Source: Monocercomonoides exilis PA203 (Eukaryota; Protista; Preaxostyla). Taken from it: DNA of 64,000 bases. The notes beneath the pieces are model-generated. The model was not told the DNA's origin, searched no databases, and saw only the letters and a program-made list of their open reading frames with translations. The DNA is taken from NCBI GenBank assembly GCA_001643675.2, contig LSRY02000002.1, forward strand, positions 248,001 through 312,000, given 5' to 3'. Made by a program: the position numbers and the translations under genes. This document shows positions 34,101 to 41,994 of this stretch, piece after piece. Position 1 is the stretch's first letter, and each line of letters opens with the position of its first letter.

Positions 34101-34588
34101 CTTCATCCGCCTTTGAAGATGAAGACAATTACAAAAATGAGTGTATGAGGTGGAAGGCTCCAGAACTGATGAACGGTTCTGCAGCACGTGCGTCAAAGAA
34201 ATCAGTCGCCTTCTCGATTGGGATGATGTTATGGGAATGTTTAACGTTGAAAATTCCTTTTGGTGAATATGAAGCTGAAATTGCTGGAAACAAGATTGTG
34301 AACGGAGAGCGGCCGGGACTGGGAAAGACAGGCGGGAGCACATGCCAGGAGTTGATTATCGCATGCATGTCTCCTCATCCTGATAATCGTCCAACACTCA
34401 CGCGAATCAAACGGGAGTTCGCCGCAAGGCTGCCAGCTGGTGCTGCGATGCTGACAGCCACAGACGCTCTGATTGTCGAAACTTCCTCAGTTGAATTCCC
34501 AGTCCGTCGCCTGCCTCCGTCTGCTCTGCCGAAATCAGCAGCAACCTGTGGAAGCGAGACAGAAAAGCAAAGCAAGTCAAATCATTGA
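22157..34588 (+). CDS. Giant (4143 aa) single-pass surface protein: signal peptide, repeated beta-helix-like/Cys modules, TM helix, degenerate TKL-like kinase C-lobe
   Basis: Intronless 12.4-kb ORF. Hydrophobic N-terminus; 8 CGx(6)C modules with GGGI and FxxN motifs; TM MMIVVVVLAVFLLFVIVAVVILAM-RWRK; RWKAPEL..FSIGMMLWECLTLKIPF..RP..RPTL. Confidence 0.88.
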   Translation: MLSISVIAFFISILLKNELCIDRKSNPDSLNQKQFIEKSTNFAPLCKIFQKQCTFINENNFYTPSTNFHFHKQNMSEITMILSSFTLENSSVHCSLSSFRHVQNGCVANLRLFSKIHFHCCIVGCSSNAEKCPFFSSLGLIHISNTTIQQKHQRPTFFSLVSKSNVAFQSIGESQIFIEYCQFSSLTTRATIPFVGGPELKRSFITNTVFSNISTDNREFSLNLQSSFHHSTFLESNEFICCASPFGGGLFNRDNSAYFASNNSFITCRNSYISKNYTSSLPTFTTGEIQFQKCLFENCTSVGSDGIISVGSNASLSVIQCLFNRCNSTTSIQDFFRGGAIFSKSQASTTIHESNFTHCSVCFSFSTGAMTYGGAVAILSGTANIQKCIFDDCNSDKAGGALDIEEIVESEFLECSLMNCRSSAYSGALHTYCLRNYKISNCFFERCSSNSSDGAVHLHSIYNGTAIISFSFFESNFALSEEGHDIGYFDTFASNCNESWIQNSYSLSPINNRVWLNGFGPRPWLPTPTTPIIYTDIFRETTKSSGNYYKCGNESDKCQTLGYAVTRWINEYHTSLRACSTPSIEHFVNVGERNIFIEPLQTLDPATIQPKTNESELFLISDGSLKIEKFTLLHDSLFSTSSALFKVRESKGALHVKQCIIQGDSQNGKHDYSFFCLIKGTTIIEESQINSVSLQNAPLIDVNQLASLEFRGGTVSFVNRLQGNGAIIGKEVISEENILIANVTMANCSCTSGNGGAIAVSISESGIFKFGKNDFTTTLQACQAVRGGGIYLDLSNANCSFAIENPTFLDNIATDGIDIFVFSPSLKTSITQSRFSYFSINSPFSEESAKGAEKSAVSEVIPLVYYLKDRESFVSLANNGSDTTACGFELYPCKTVGYALSQQTGARSILISDNYNFEECVAISITSGCLLSGSSSNSHATIVGGTTSYSEVVSIGKGVTIQKIIFQLPNSLKSGQPTVFSVADALGGNFTVKQSTIQSSEAESAVSYSFVSVSAGTLHLSDVIAASMTFNDKPFVNCTGSNSKANISSFNATTITYSGNDGFIRISEAFQMTLSQSSFEKFVSSKSSVIDIRSAKDSKLEGSNFTDISLQSGEGGIMRANMLADQSLKIEGGQFGSAGVHGNGGGMMISMETNSILRVGVNNLVNYHSCQALLNLGQGGLGGGIFLDLRGAADNFVVTHVEFDSCLADTSGNNLFITASNFTKVINSTTLNFSFNDFDEKALSGYENNDNSYSIPLVLYLQSPPSPVYVGGDNKHNFERCGYNGHSCITIEYALNAWQTIQPLEVIISGITQLRSELAFADDKHFVFEGAADGGELEILGNTRKTQDGLINNTANISFKILKFSLPLKMNDRTCVFLSQNGQLSIESCEFVATSDSRCIEYSLVMCSAGICNLFNLKVNDGTFNANSAFMLNGSCRSTIDQCLMNLVKSALSNTLIMYSSQDSLSISNSNFTFCTFEDGAAIRDENGKSLTLKNTLFQNLTRKVGNGSALYANLWSGSSVVVSDVKTEGCITQKGCGGGILAILQGTAHFHIGKGQNETGFLRCGASGADSIGGYGGGLLMKLEDEVAKDIAFSQIVFGKDEEKNFASVGGNDMFIEAMSFSGIVKRETLNFSFAIDVDENPNLQDMMGYQNEDANNMIPLVLFLRTFSSSCFVDSDGRDYYLCGFHDYPCMSISYGGSNRFNAEKAAICLLPSFVFMNQTSLSTQDMLIDVEEADTQIKVASNGSGAGDFMISTSREISFRKIAFVLPTSFSLGRRALFGCSGSVLVLNKCSASVETENVNYSLVIITGGSLKITQLCLSHIYFAQTSAFEVKGSTTSGVFDEMSFENVRSNSQLGLITVGEGAYEQLINSNITSATFDNQSLLNTDGLASIMMSNNTFAKLVREVGCGAVISGTVGNKMRMDTTNCTFSEITGQETFGKGGSLFVTVVKGGTFLFDTNIVRESCVDSQDGFGGGLHLTFTDASVSYSMKNDNFESNDAHLGKDVYLVCPSPRSVLNGALWTGSLSEYEDKEKYWVFDGTSTPSVDASILIFLFPAGPEIVFVDGSKSNGVGCGIEAVPCRDVNYGFNIMSNGQTTIKIVGDTSLNTLVKRNLSLTIQGSGAVYKSVVVESNGSFCIDDSSLYLAISHLSFVFSSDQTQSNGPELFYVRSGLCTVTNCEFSAMQHDSNIVTRWIVNAIGGTTSLTNIIISHLSFSTESGIGNIQKCTFSFENITITEVISEDVGLIIAKDTNVLFKGMKLSKCSLSNGSAIRLQNETVANIQNGSSFEECFSDLRDGGAISCELCVEEGSLSISDCTITKCEANERSRKGGGIYLKTGALATNNFILSRILFSDNKALSGKDLFVVCNNLNETIVPTRFDLLLLNENGSTAVDVKGTDENHFNQTDQDLLFFLVQHKSNVIYLSFNGYDALGCGTSEHPCNSVWRGFNNLDENSTNKLFLIDTLTFIQNPYNFTSISITSSLNEERSTLVFRNFEQGTSAEYVARCGILLNFESLQLSIYNSISPNTKTLITSIGKLTLSNCSFAPHSSSVIDFSLITASSGQMEIKNCEIFGMTFLTEPFVLSVAANISGSEFSCISTPAGTKGGVICGTMRENEIIKFSNCVIKNCSCSLTNGKGGFCNLDCNKSTEEFPFEFGELVFESNEAALGKNAFITVPNLNRSVTKHSFNFNFDSMISDPNLFVGCDSTFNNTDLFRFLVGYKNWAIHLSSMGYDVMRCGNEDDPCCTFWKGMQQINTDAPLKVISIDKQTILQNSFDFSNFTIQSAHSELIDEPCIISISNNLQAADSLMMNRESLLFMFVKFSISETFSGGDNAIVLSKRGVLSFSDCWIEMKSALQSPAIHTFARAEDGELTACRLRCSSLTGIGNIFSVSSSVMFTVQTNIFERLSLNDGCVVAVHQATTRIFANSGSPLLTLINSSFINISRIFAGASVISVDQITNKLSLRINSSTFRDCKSTNSIAGGAVAFELMPDSSFDLSNSEVEQCVCSTSAGRGGGIYIKSSIRSSLSFLFYHDTFDSNIADVGRDIFIRCFDIKSQINETQFQFDLRESKYNRLNAIFGIDEHEYSSQPVNLIEFVVTYQADIIFVTTNSSRGGEDTKKCGTQQLPCLSLAYAASHLTFDFKSQLVVMDEGKIDSELDLSNLMLTSRSFEQVPLEVALSLQTTRENLIECTSSVTLSLLSLLFLPSFNLNSTALLHIEEGTLSTANCSFSGPEQFQSANSLLSTLFKATNGNILFENVKIASLSFSSNVISSQMFSSIKCNVLTMRYLMLESSAVEMDDTSSTVAMEKINMKDICIASGSAIVIQHRQGSNIESNFKPQYSIQLSSIENVTTLSNEASSFAPTFLSVSLSSASSEFTNSPEIFLSNCSVRKSISSFEKGSALSVSYCLGLTVESCQFDGFVDNSLINSFEVMNEKNEEMCRWNGSLVHFEDSCVRLRDTTISNSRKGGLSLMGGALEIEKCEFTGNDPMIENYSSIRRNILCDGDGSVNLMSVKGGDGASKDSCMWLLDDGCKAKGILESYEEMGSLLFVPRITSIDMEHPDENETDLTFHGRLLIPCNLSFEVVSTMGSEKSVETYYFSEDGYVNEKTVKGTVPSASIKEAPSNAEVSAAIMFGKLNSPSQTVHIVLRNKTENKISEGVGNNNEALSSTPSSMMIVVVVLAVFLLFVIVAVVILAMRWRKAKNRNEELEEIVADTVKKDPKAFEMITMEMSPEERWRRTEREAEKKNEERIKKRVYAKSLQHSESSEHLLSESGSTEYILGRDSDKIPEWALEKVEEDNDDDDVETRKRSPSPSISSTSTISTTDTDTTFIRGEDLCPTTSSMSNLVDAMACSSPHEKLIVDLRDSLFMMLHGRNEKKEMAIGTIEEREHTASHILFWVANLALHSFDETEEPLQSLASLSPHLILFSEHMLICVAMHTDCSSSSDDSDSSSVSSFTIVTSSSDCSSVYKNCKGSPPPSSAFEDEDNYKNECMRWKAPELMNGSAARASKKSVAFSIGMMLWECLTLKIPFGEYEAEIAGNKIVNGERPGLGKTGGSTCQELIIACMSPHPDNRPTLTRIKREFAARLPAGAAMLTATDALIVETSSVEFPVRRLPPSALPKSAATCGSETEKQSKSNH

Positions 34589-35273
34589 TATTTTTATTGA
34601 AATAGTAGTGATGAATGAAAAGAGTTGATTATGAAGCTTAGAGCACGGTGAAAATACAACTTCATTCAGACAGTTACAAGATTATTTTCAACTTAATCAC
34701 GGAAGAACTCTTACGACAAAATGTTATCAAAGAATAAGTCGATATTGTTTCTACACATGCTTTCATTTCACCATGGAGGTATTTTTTGTTTGTTCAATTT
34801 ATAATTTGTTGTATCAACGATCACACTTTCTCTTATTTCATTTTGGATAAATGTATTAAATCTCTTAAAAAGGATTCAATTCCGCTAATCTTTATTCAAT
34901 CTTTTTACAAGAACATTTCTGCTGGTTAATATTCATCTGAGAATTTTTTATAGTGTATCACTGTTTTTTCTGTTCTTAAACAAAAAGTATCTATGAAAAA
35001 TCGTTTTGAATAAACATTTGAATACAAAATGTCACCAAATAATTCCTAAGAAGATGAAATAATCTAAAAAATAGGCAGGGAGAATAAATCAAAATATCTA
35101 ATAATAGGGAAATACAATAAAACGAAGTTGTTCGCATTATCAACAAAATATTCCCAAAAAAAATTAAATAATTGCTCTAAAATCATTATCTCTGAATATG
35201 TTTTTGATAAAAAGCCAACAAAACAATGAAATAGCAATTGAATAACATTAAAGAATAAATTGGCTAAAAAATA

Positions 35274-36436
35274 CTAATATCCAGGATAAGCATGCATATA
35301 TTGATGAGGAGTGTGAGCCCTCATAGCGTATTCATGATAAGGGCTGACCGGGCGATGATGTGAAGAATGATCTACAGAATGAAGCTCCTCTGGATAATAA
35401 TGTGGAGGATGCACTGACATAGACATATAAGGTGACCCAGAATGGCCATAGTGTGGTGGAGAATAAACTCTGCTTTGATGTTTGCGAGGGCTAACTGATC
35501 TTACAGGAGTTCGTGAAGGAGAATGTGATACAGTTCGATGATGATGATGGTGATGGTGGTGATGATGATGATAATGAGGCGAAGGGCTTCTAACAACACG
35601 TACAGGAGAACGAGTGCGACGATAACTTCGAGAACGAACTTCAATATAAGGAGTGCGAGATCGAGTACGAGATCTTGAACGTGTTCTAGATCTTGATCTA
35701 TCTCTTGAACGAGAAAAACGTCTCGATTCTTCGTACCTTTGCGGTGAATATCTTTCTTGATATGGAATTGGAATACGCATATCTCTTTCATCTGGCCTAC
35801 GCACTGGCTCAGGGCAGTCCCTTCGTAGATGTCCAGGTTTTCCACAATTATAACAAAGCAATCTTGACAATTCTTCAGGAGTATCTCTTAATGGGCAATC
35901 CCTACGCAAATGGTCGGTACTACCACAAATATAGCACGCATGCATATTGAGTTCATAAGTAGCTCCTGGCATCTGCCTTGGGCAATCTTTTGCAAAATGC
36001 CCAATCTTGCCACACAAAAAACAGTGCTTCAATCCATCACTACGTGTCTTTGGAGCAAACGCGTGGGTGACTGCAATAGTCCTTCCATGAACTTCTTTTC
36101 CATTAACTTCTCTGACGGCTTCATCAGCGCTTGCAGTATCTTGATATCTCTGGAAGAAAAAACAACACAAAACACCAACAATAAATGAAATCGTCTCTTC
36201 AAACATCATCACTCACCACAACACACAATGCAACCACCAACCAAAACCACAATTACTTCAAACACCCACAGAAGAATCCACATTCAAGTGGCACAAAGAT
36301 AGCACACCAAAAACGCATATCCCTTCATGATATCACATGTTATAATTTCGCCATAATTTTTAAATATCTCTATTAACTCCTCTCTTGTCACATCAGGAGC
36401 AACATTCCCAATATGAAGTTTTACACCAACATCCAT
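35274..36436 (-). CDS. SR-type RNA-binding protein: RRM, 3 CCHC zinc knuckles, RS domain, poly-His
   Basis: LHIGNV (RNP2) and KGYAFL (RNP1); intron 36307-36150; CFLCGKIGHFAKDC, CYICGSTDHLRRDC, CYNCGKPGHLRRDC; RSRSRTRS repeats. Confidence 0.88.
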
Positions 36437-36529
36437 TTTTGACAATTTGATCCTATTAATGCCTTTCTGCTTAAAATTATCCAAATTATAAAATAGGGAT
36501 ACAAGATCAGTAAATATTTTTTATAGCGG

Positions 36530-37910
36530 ATGCTCGCTGCGCTCATTTTCATTTCAACACTTCATAGCGAAGTATTTTTTTCTGAACCGTTTAATGGTTT
36601 GTAATTTTTGATGTTTAATTGTTTGTAAGTTTTTTCCTTGATCATACAAATTTTTTTCTTCTTTTGAACTTTAATTCATTCAATAAGAAACATGGAGGTA
36701 CAGATGGGTTGAATCATCAGCAAACATTGCAGAGGGAGCAAGTGGGCATTTTGGTTGGAGCGCTGGAAGATATTATGGAGATTGGAAAAAATCCATGGGT
36801 CTGATGACCACAGAAGATAGAAAATATTATCAAATATCTGCTGATTTCAATAAAACTGTTAATACTTTAAATCGTAAGTTGATTTTTTCGTTTACAGTAA
36901 AGATGGAAAGAGAAATTGGAAAGGGTGGTTGTTATATGAAATTACTTGGTGAAGGATTAGATCAAGACCAGTTCACCAGTGATGACACATATGAAATTCT
37001 TTTTGGCCCTGATATTATTCAACGTTTCCAATCACAAGTTAAATTGATGATTAGAAAGGGTACAGAGTATTACACACTCAACGAATCAGTATATGCACCA
37101 ATGGATGAACTTACCCATATGTACACACTGGTTTTGCGACCTGATAATACATATGAAATAATGGTCGATGGAAAACTAGAAGCTAGTGGAAGAATTCAAG
37201 ATAAATTCCCAGATTTGCTTGGACCAAAATATGTTTGTTGAATAATAATTTTTAATGCGCTTTAAATTGTAGAAAACATTAATTGTTCTTTCCAGGTTCC
37301 TGATCCAAACGCGACAAAGCCAAAAGATTGGGTTGATGCGCCAGAAATTCCTGATCCAAAATATGTAAGGCCTGACTATTGGGACGATCGAAGAATGATT
37401 CCAAATCCGAAATATACAGAAACAAAGCCTGATAACTGGGACGAAGCTAAAAAGGGGCCCTGGAAGCAGCCACCAAAAGAAATTCCAAATCCAAATTATA
37501 TGGGCCTGTGGCGTCCGAGGATGATTAAGAATCCAGAGTACAAGGGAGTCTGGAAAGCACCTCTGGTGATGAGTGACGAGTGGAAGAAGGCCAACGAACT
37601 TTATGCTTTTAAGATCAAGTATGTGGGCCTTGATGTGTATCATCTACAAGCTGGAACAATCTTTGACAATGTGTTTGTGGGGGATGACTTATTCGAGTGG
37701 GAAGAGTGGGTTGAAGAAACATTTACTGGCCTGCAGGACAAAGAAAAGAAAGCCTATGAAATTATTGAAAGAGACACATATTTGGAATCTCATCCTAATC
37801 TGAGATATAAGCTTAAAAGAAAGGAAATTGATTTAATTAAACAAAAGAAAGAAGAACCAAAAGAAGAGCCAAAAGGTGAAGAAGAGCTTCCTGATGTTGA
37901 TGAGTTATAA
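36530..37910 (+). CDS. CALR: Calreticulin-family ER chaperone, 3 exons
   Basis: Signal peptide then EVFFSEPF; WSAGRYYGD..GLMTTEDRKYYQISA; YEILFGPD; THMYTLVLRPDNTYEIMVDG; P-domain repeats (VPDPNATKPKDW, IPNPNYMGLW, IKNPEYKGVW); GTIFDNVFVGDD; C-terminal VDEL. Confidence 0.92.
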
Positions 37911-38154
37911 ATCCAAAAAAAATAATCCAGTGATTAAATGTCAGATCTATCAATTTTTGTTATGATTGTTTAAATCAATTGTGTTGAATCATTCTATTTT
38001 TGCGTAATTCTTCTTTTTCTCAAGAATTTCACTTCCAAACTTGAATTCTTTCTTTCAATTTCACAATTATCTAATATATAATATTTGTCGTAATTCTATT
38101 AAGCATATTGATTGCTCGAATCGCAATATTTTAAAGTAACCTTAATAAATAAAA

Positions 38155-39418
38155 ATGAATAGAAAAACTGGAGTTACAAGGCCAAAGAAGTATGTAAACT
38201 AAATTAAATAAAATTAATATGAAATATTATCTATTTTTTAACTTGTAATTTTATTTTGCTTGTTCAAAACGTACAATTGCCCAGGGCATCACTTTCTCTT
38301 GAAGAAGAAACAAAGCTGATGGAAGATAAGTTAAATGCACTACGATTGGTGATGGAGGAAGAGCGCAAAAAACGAGAAGAAAAAAGAAGGTGCAAGTTGA
38401 TTAATTTTTTGAGTTATTCCGTGTATTTTTTGACCTTTAATAATATTCTTGAAAAATAGAGAAGGGGGAGGCTTCTGGGGTGCTGGTCAGAGGGGCCCAC
38501 TTCGCTCTCATCTTTCAAAGTCTGGGTTGCGTGGTCCATCTCCTGCTTCGTCTTCAAGACCAAAAAGATCTTCATCTGCTGGAACTAATCAAAGCTCAAC
38601 AAGTTCCTTAACTTCTCAGAGTACCAAAGACAGTGCCAAACATTTTTCATCTTCTACAGAATCTTCTTTTGAGAGTTCATCTTCTTCGGAAACTGTTTCA
38701 AAAAGAGATTCTTCAACATCTGATGATCAAGAACAGGAAGGAAAAGTCATGTATGCTCGTCCAAGAACAGACATGTGGATAAGTCCATTCGCAGGTTTGC
38801 TTTACACATGTTATGTGTTGATTTATTTCATTTTATTTTTTTCATTTTTTTCATTTCATTTTTTATAATAATTTTATTTATGAATTGAATATTTTTGCAA
38901 ACCTAAAATTAAAAGTGCCTAATCAGAAGGAAGAGCCAACAAAATGTGACTCTGGAAGCGGGGTGTGTAATTTTTTTTTCAAACTGTATTTCCTTTTTGA
39001 TTATACTTTTCTGACTTGGTATTCACAGCCTGATATTCCTTATTCAGAAGGCCAAGATTCATTCACTTCACCAGACACTCAATCGATGGAAAAAGAACGC
39101 AAAGAAGTTTCCATGTCCACTTCAGATATGCAGACTGAGCCTATTTCGACAAAGATATCTGTTAGGCGTGAGCGGCCTGCTTCTGCTGATCCCTCGACAA
39201 AGCCAAATAATAACAAATTATCAACAATTTCTGAATCTCCAGATTCCCCTCCAGAAAAGAAACATGTCACGCCAAGTCAAAAGGCAGGCGAAAAGGCTAT
39301 AAAATCTGTTGATAGCTTACCACCTCCAAAAATCAGCTTATTTCAAAAAATAAAAGGAGAACAAGCCATTCAATCGCTTGAGAATGAGCTCCAGAGAAAA
39401 GTTCCAATCAAAAAATGA
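38155..39418 (+). CDS. Spliced hypothetical protein; the N-terminal coiled coil plus FWxxGxxG motif loosely resembles the ZBBX N-terminus
   Basis: ATG 38155, several GT-AG introns, exons in ORFs 38256, 38449 and 38885. LEEETKLMEDKLNALRLVMEEERKKREEKR..GGFWGAGQRGPL; the remainder is Ser-rich. Confidence 0.6.
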
Positions 39419-39579
39419 TATCAATTAAATAACGGTTAATTTTAAAAAAATATATATTTTTTTTCAATTTATTTGAATTTTGATTTATTGATTTTTGTAT
39501 GTGATTAATCTTCTTTAAAAAACAACTAACAATTATTATGGTAGCAAGAATTTTGTTCAGATAAATAAATCAGTTAAAA

Positions 39580-41793
39580 ATGAAGAACAAATCGTTTTCA
39601 CAATTTTTATTTTCATTGCTTTTTTGTTTGTTATTTATTGTGCATCCAATGGAAAACGAAGAGAAAACTCCTGCGGATTACATAAATCCACTCATGGGAA
39701 CTGTTTCACAACTTCTTGTACCAGCTTATCCAACTATACATCTGCCAAACGGAATGGTTCGATTAATTCCTGACAGGGAAAATTATCTTCAAGAAAAAAT
39801 GAACGGTTTTCCTCGTTTTCTCACTTCGCATCGTGGTTCTTATGCTTTTTCTGTGGGTTGCTCACAGCATCGGTTATCAAACTCACAAAACTCTTACTCA
39901 TATACATATGATGAAGAAATCATCCGTCCTTATCTTTACTCTGCATATCTTGAGGAAGAAGAGGTTGATTTGCGAATTGCTCCATGTTATCAGTCAATGA
40001 TTTACGAGATGAAATTCCTTGGAAGACACAAAAAGATTGTGGTTTTTAGTGGAAGTTCTGTTTCATCTCATGGTAGCACGACTTTTTCGGTTACAGAGCA
40101 TGTTGCGACTTCTCTTTATCTTTATGGAGAAGTCAATCCAAAGCCAATGGAAATGAAAGCTAGTGGATCATTAGCTGTCATGACTTTCGATGAAAGCGTC
40201 AATGTTGTTGTTGTGCGTTGCGGGGTATCTCTTATCAGCGTTGATCAAGCAAAAAAGAATTTAGAAAGGGAAATCAAAACATTTGACCTAGACACAGTTG
40301 CGGCATTTGGAAAGGGAGAATGGAACAAAGCATTGGGGAAAGTGAGCGTAGTTGGGGGAACTGAGCAAGACAAAGCTGTTCTTTATTCGTCTATGTATCG
40401 AACGTATGAACGTATGGTGTGCATTTCTGAAGACGGCAAGTATTATTCTGGATTTGATCGCAAAGTGCACAACGATGATGGTGTTAAGTTCTACACAGAC
40501 GATTGGATTTGGGACACATTTCGTGCGACTCATCCGCTGCGTGTGCTGATTGAAAGCAAAAAGGAAGTTGAAATGCTGAACTCTTATTTACGGATGGCCC
40601 AGCAATCCAGCGATGGATTTCTGCCCACGTTTCCTGAAGTGAACGGCGACTCTCACAGAATGAATGGGAAGCACTGCATCGCAACCATCTGGGATGCTTA
40701 TTGCAAGGGCCTTCGCGGATTCGATCTAAACGAAGGGTTTTCAGCCTCGAAGAGAACACAAATGGAGGCAACGCTCATTCCGTGGACGAGGCAAAGGGCA
40801 ACCACCCTCGACGCATTCTTCAAAGAAACAGGCTTCTATCCAGGGCTTCGCAATGGAGAGAGAGAAACATGCTGGGCTGTTGGTGGCGAGCTGCGGCAGT
40901 GCGTTGCTGTAACACAAGCAGCATCATACGACGATTGGTGTGTTGCTCAGATGGCGAAGGAGCTTGGGCCATCACACGAAGATGACTATCACTTCTTTCT
41001 GCGCCGTGCCTTCAACTACAGGACGCTGTTCAAGCCAGACACGTGCTTCTTCCACCCGCGTGATAAAGAAGGAAGGTGGATCATGCCATTTGATTACCGC
41101 ATGTCTGGCGGGCGTGGTGGGCGAATGTATTACGACGAGAACAACGGATGGACATACCGTTGGGATGTGCAGCATGCTCCTGCAGATCTGGTGTCATTGA
41201 TGGGAGGGAACACATACTTCGCAGCCGCTATGGACTCCATGTTTAAGGAGCCAATAGGAACATCCAGATCAGAATTCTGGAGACAATGGCCAGATCAGAC
41301 AGCAAATGTGGGGCAGTTCACAATGGCAAATGAGCCGTCTATGCATATACCGTGGTACTATAATCATGCGATGCATCCGTGGAAGTCGCAGAAAGTGGTT
41401 CATTACATTCTGAAGGAATGGTTCAGAAGCGATATTTTGGGTATTCCTGGAGATGAAGATGGGGGAGGGTTGTGCGCTTATGCAGTGTTTTCTTCAATTG
41501 GGTTTTATCCTTTCACTCCTGGTATTCCTGCATATCTGATTGGTTCTCCTTTGTTTGATGAAGTTCAGGTGAAAATGGAAAATGGAAAAGTATTCACCAT
41601 CAAAGCACAAAATGCTTCTTTCTATAACAAATACATTCAAAGTGCAACTCTTAATGGTAAGGAGTACAACAAGTGCTGGATTTCACATGAAGATGTTACA
41701 AATGGCTCCACTCTTGTTTTAACAATGGGCGAAAAACCAAATAAAAATTGGGGTATTGAAGAAGCTCCACCTTCTTCGGAGCAGCTTTCTTAA
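39580..41793 (+). CDS. Glycoside hydrolase family 92 (alpha-mannosidase), intronless, bacterial type
   Basis: DYINPLMG..PTIHLPNGMVR; GVSLISVDQAKKNL; YTDDWIWDTFRATHPL; YYDENNGWTYRWDVQH; MANEPSMHIPWYY; IPGDEDGGGL; GFYPFTPG; NKYIQSATLNGK; N-terminal hydrophobic signal/anchor. Confidence 0.93.
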   Translation: MKNKSFSQFLFSLLFCLLFIVHPMENEEKTPADYINPLMGTVSQLLVPAYPTIHLPNGMVRLIPDRENYLQEKMNGFPRFLTSHRGSYAFSVGCSQHRLSNSQNSYSYTYDEEIIRPYLYSAYLEEEEVDLRIAPCYQSMIYEMKFLGRHKKIVVFSGSSVSSHGSTTFSVTEHVATSLYLYGEVNPKPMEMKASGSLAVMTFDESVNVVVVRCGVSLISVDQAKKNLEREIKTFDLDTVAAFGKGEWNKALGKVSVVGGTEQDKAVLYSSMYRTYERMVCISEDGKYYSGFDRKVHNDDGVKFYTDDWIWDTFRATHPLRVLIESKKEVEMLNSYLRMAQQSSDGFLPTFPEVNGDSHRMNGKHCIATIWDAYCKGLRGFDLNEGFSASKRTQMEATLIPWTRQRATTLDAFFKETGFYPGLRNGERETCWAVGGELRQCVAVTQAASYDDWCVAQMAKELGPSHEDDYHFFLRRAFNYRTLFKPDTCFFHPRDKEGRWIMPFDYRMSGGRGGRMYYDENNGWTYRWDVQHAPADLVSLMGGNTYFAAAMDSMFKEPIGTSRSEFWRQWPDQTANVGQFTMANEPSMHIPWYYNHAMHPWKSQKVVHYILKEWFRSDILGIPGDEDGGGLCAYAVFSSIGFYPFTPGIPAYLIGSPLFDEVQVKMENGKVFTIKAQNASFYNKYIQSATLNGKEYNKCWISHEDVTNGSTLVLTMGEKPNKNWGIEEAPPSSEQLS

Positions 41794-41994
41794 AAATTTC
41801 AGAAAATATATACAGTATTTTTGAAGCTTTTTATTTTTTTTCATTTCTCAATATTTTTGTCAGATTTGTTTTTTCATATAAAAATTTAAATAAACGTGTT
41901 TTAATAGAAATGAATTGCCCGTTTTTTACCTTATTGGTGATTTGGATAGGGAAATGGATGATTTGAGTAAAATTGTCAAACAAAGTTGGCAAAT

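Noticed and set aside
36530-41793. Calreticulin plus GH92 as an N-glycan gene cluster
   Set aside because: Separated by an unrelated gene; GH92 is bacterial-type and catabolic; no evidence beyond proximity
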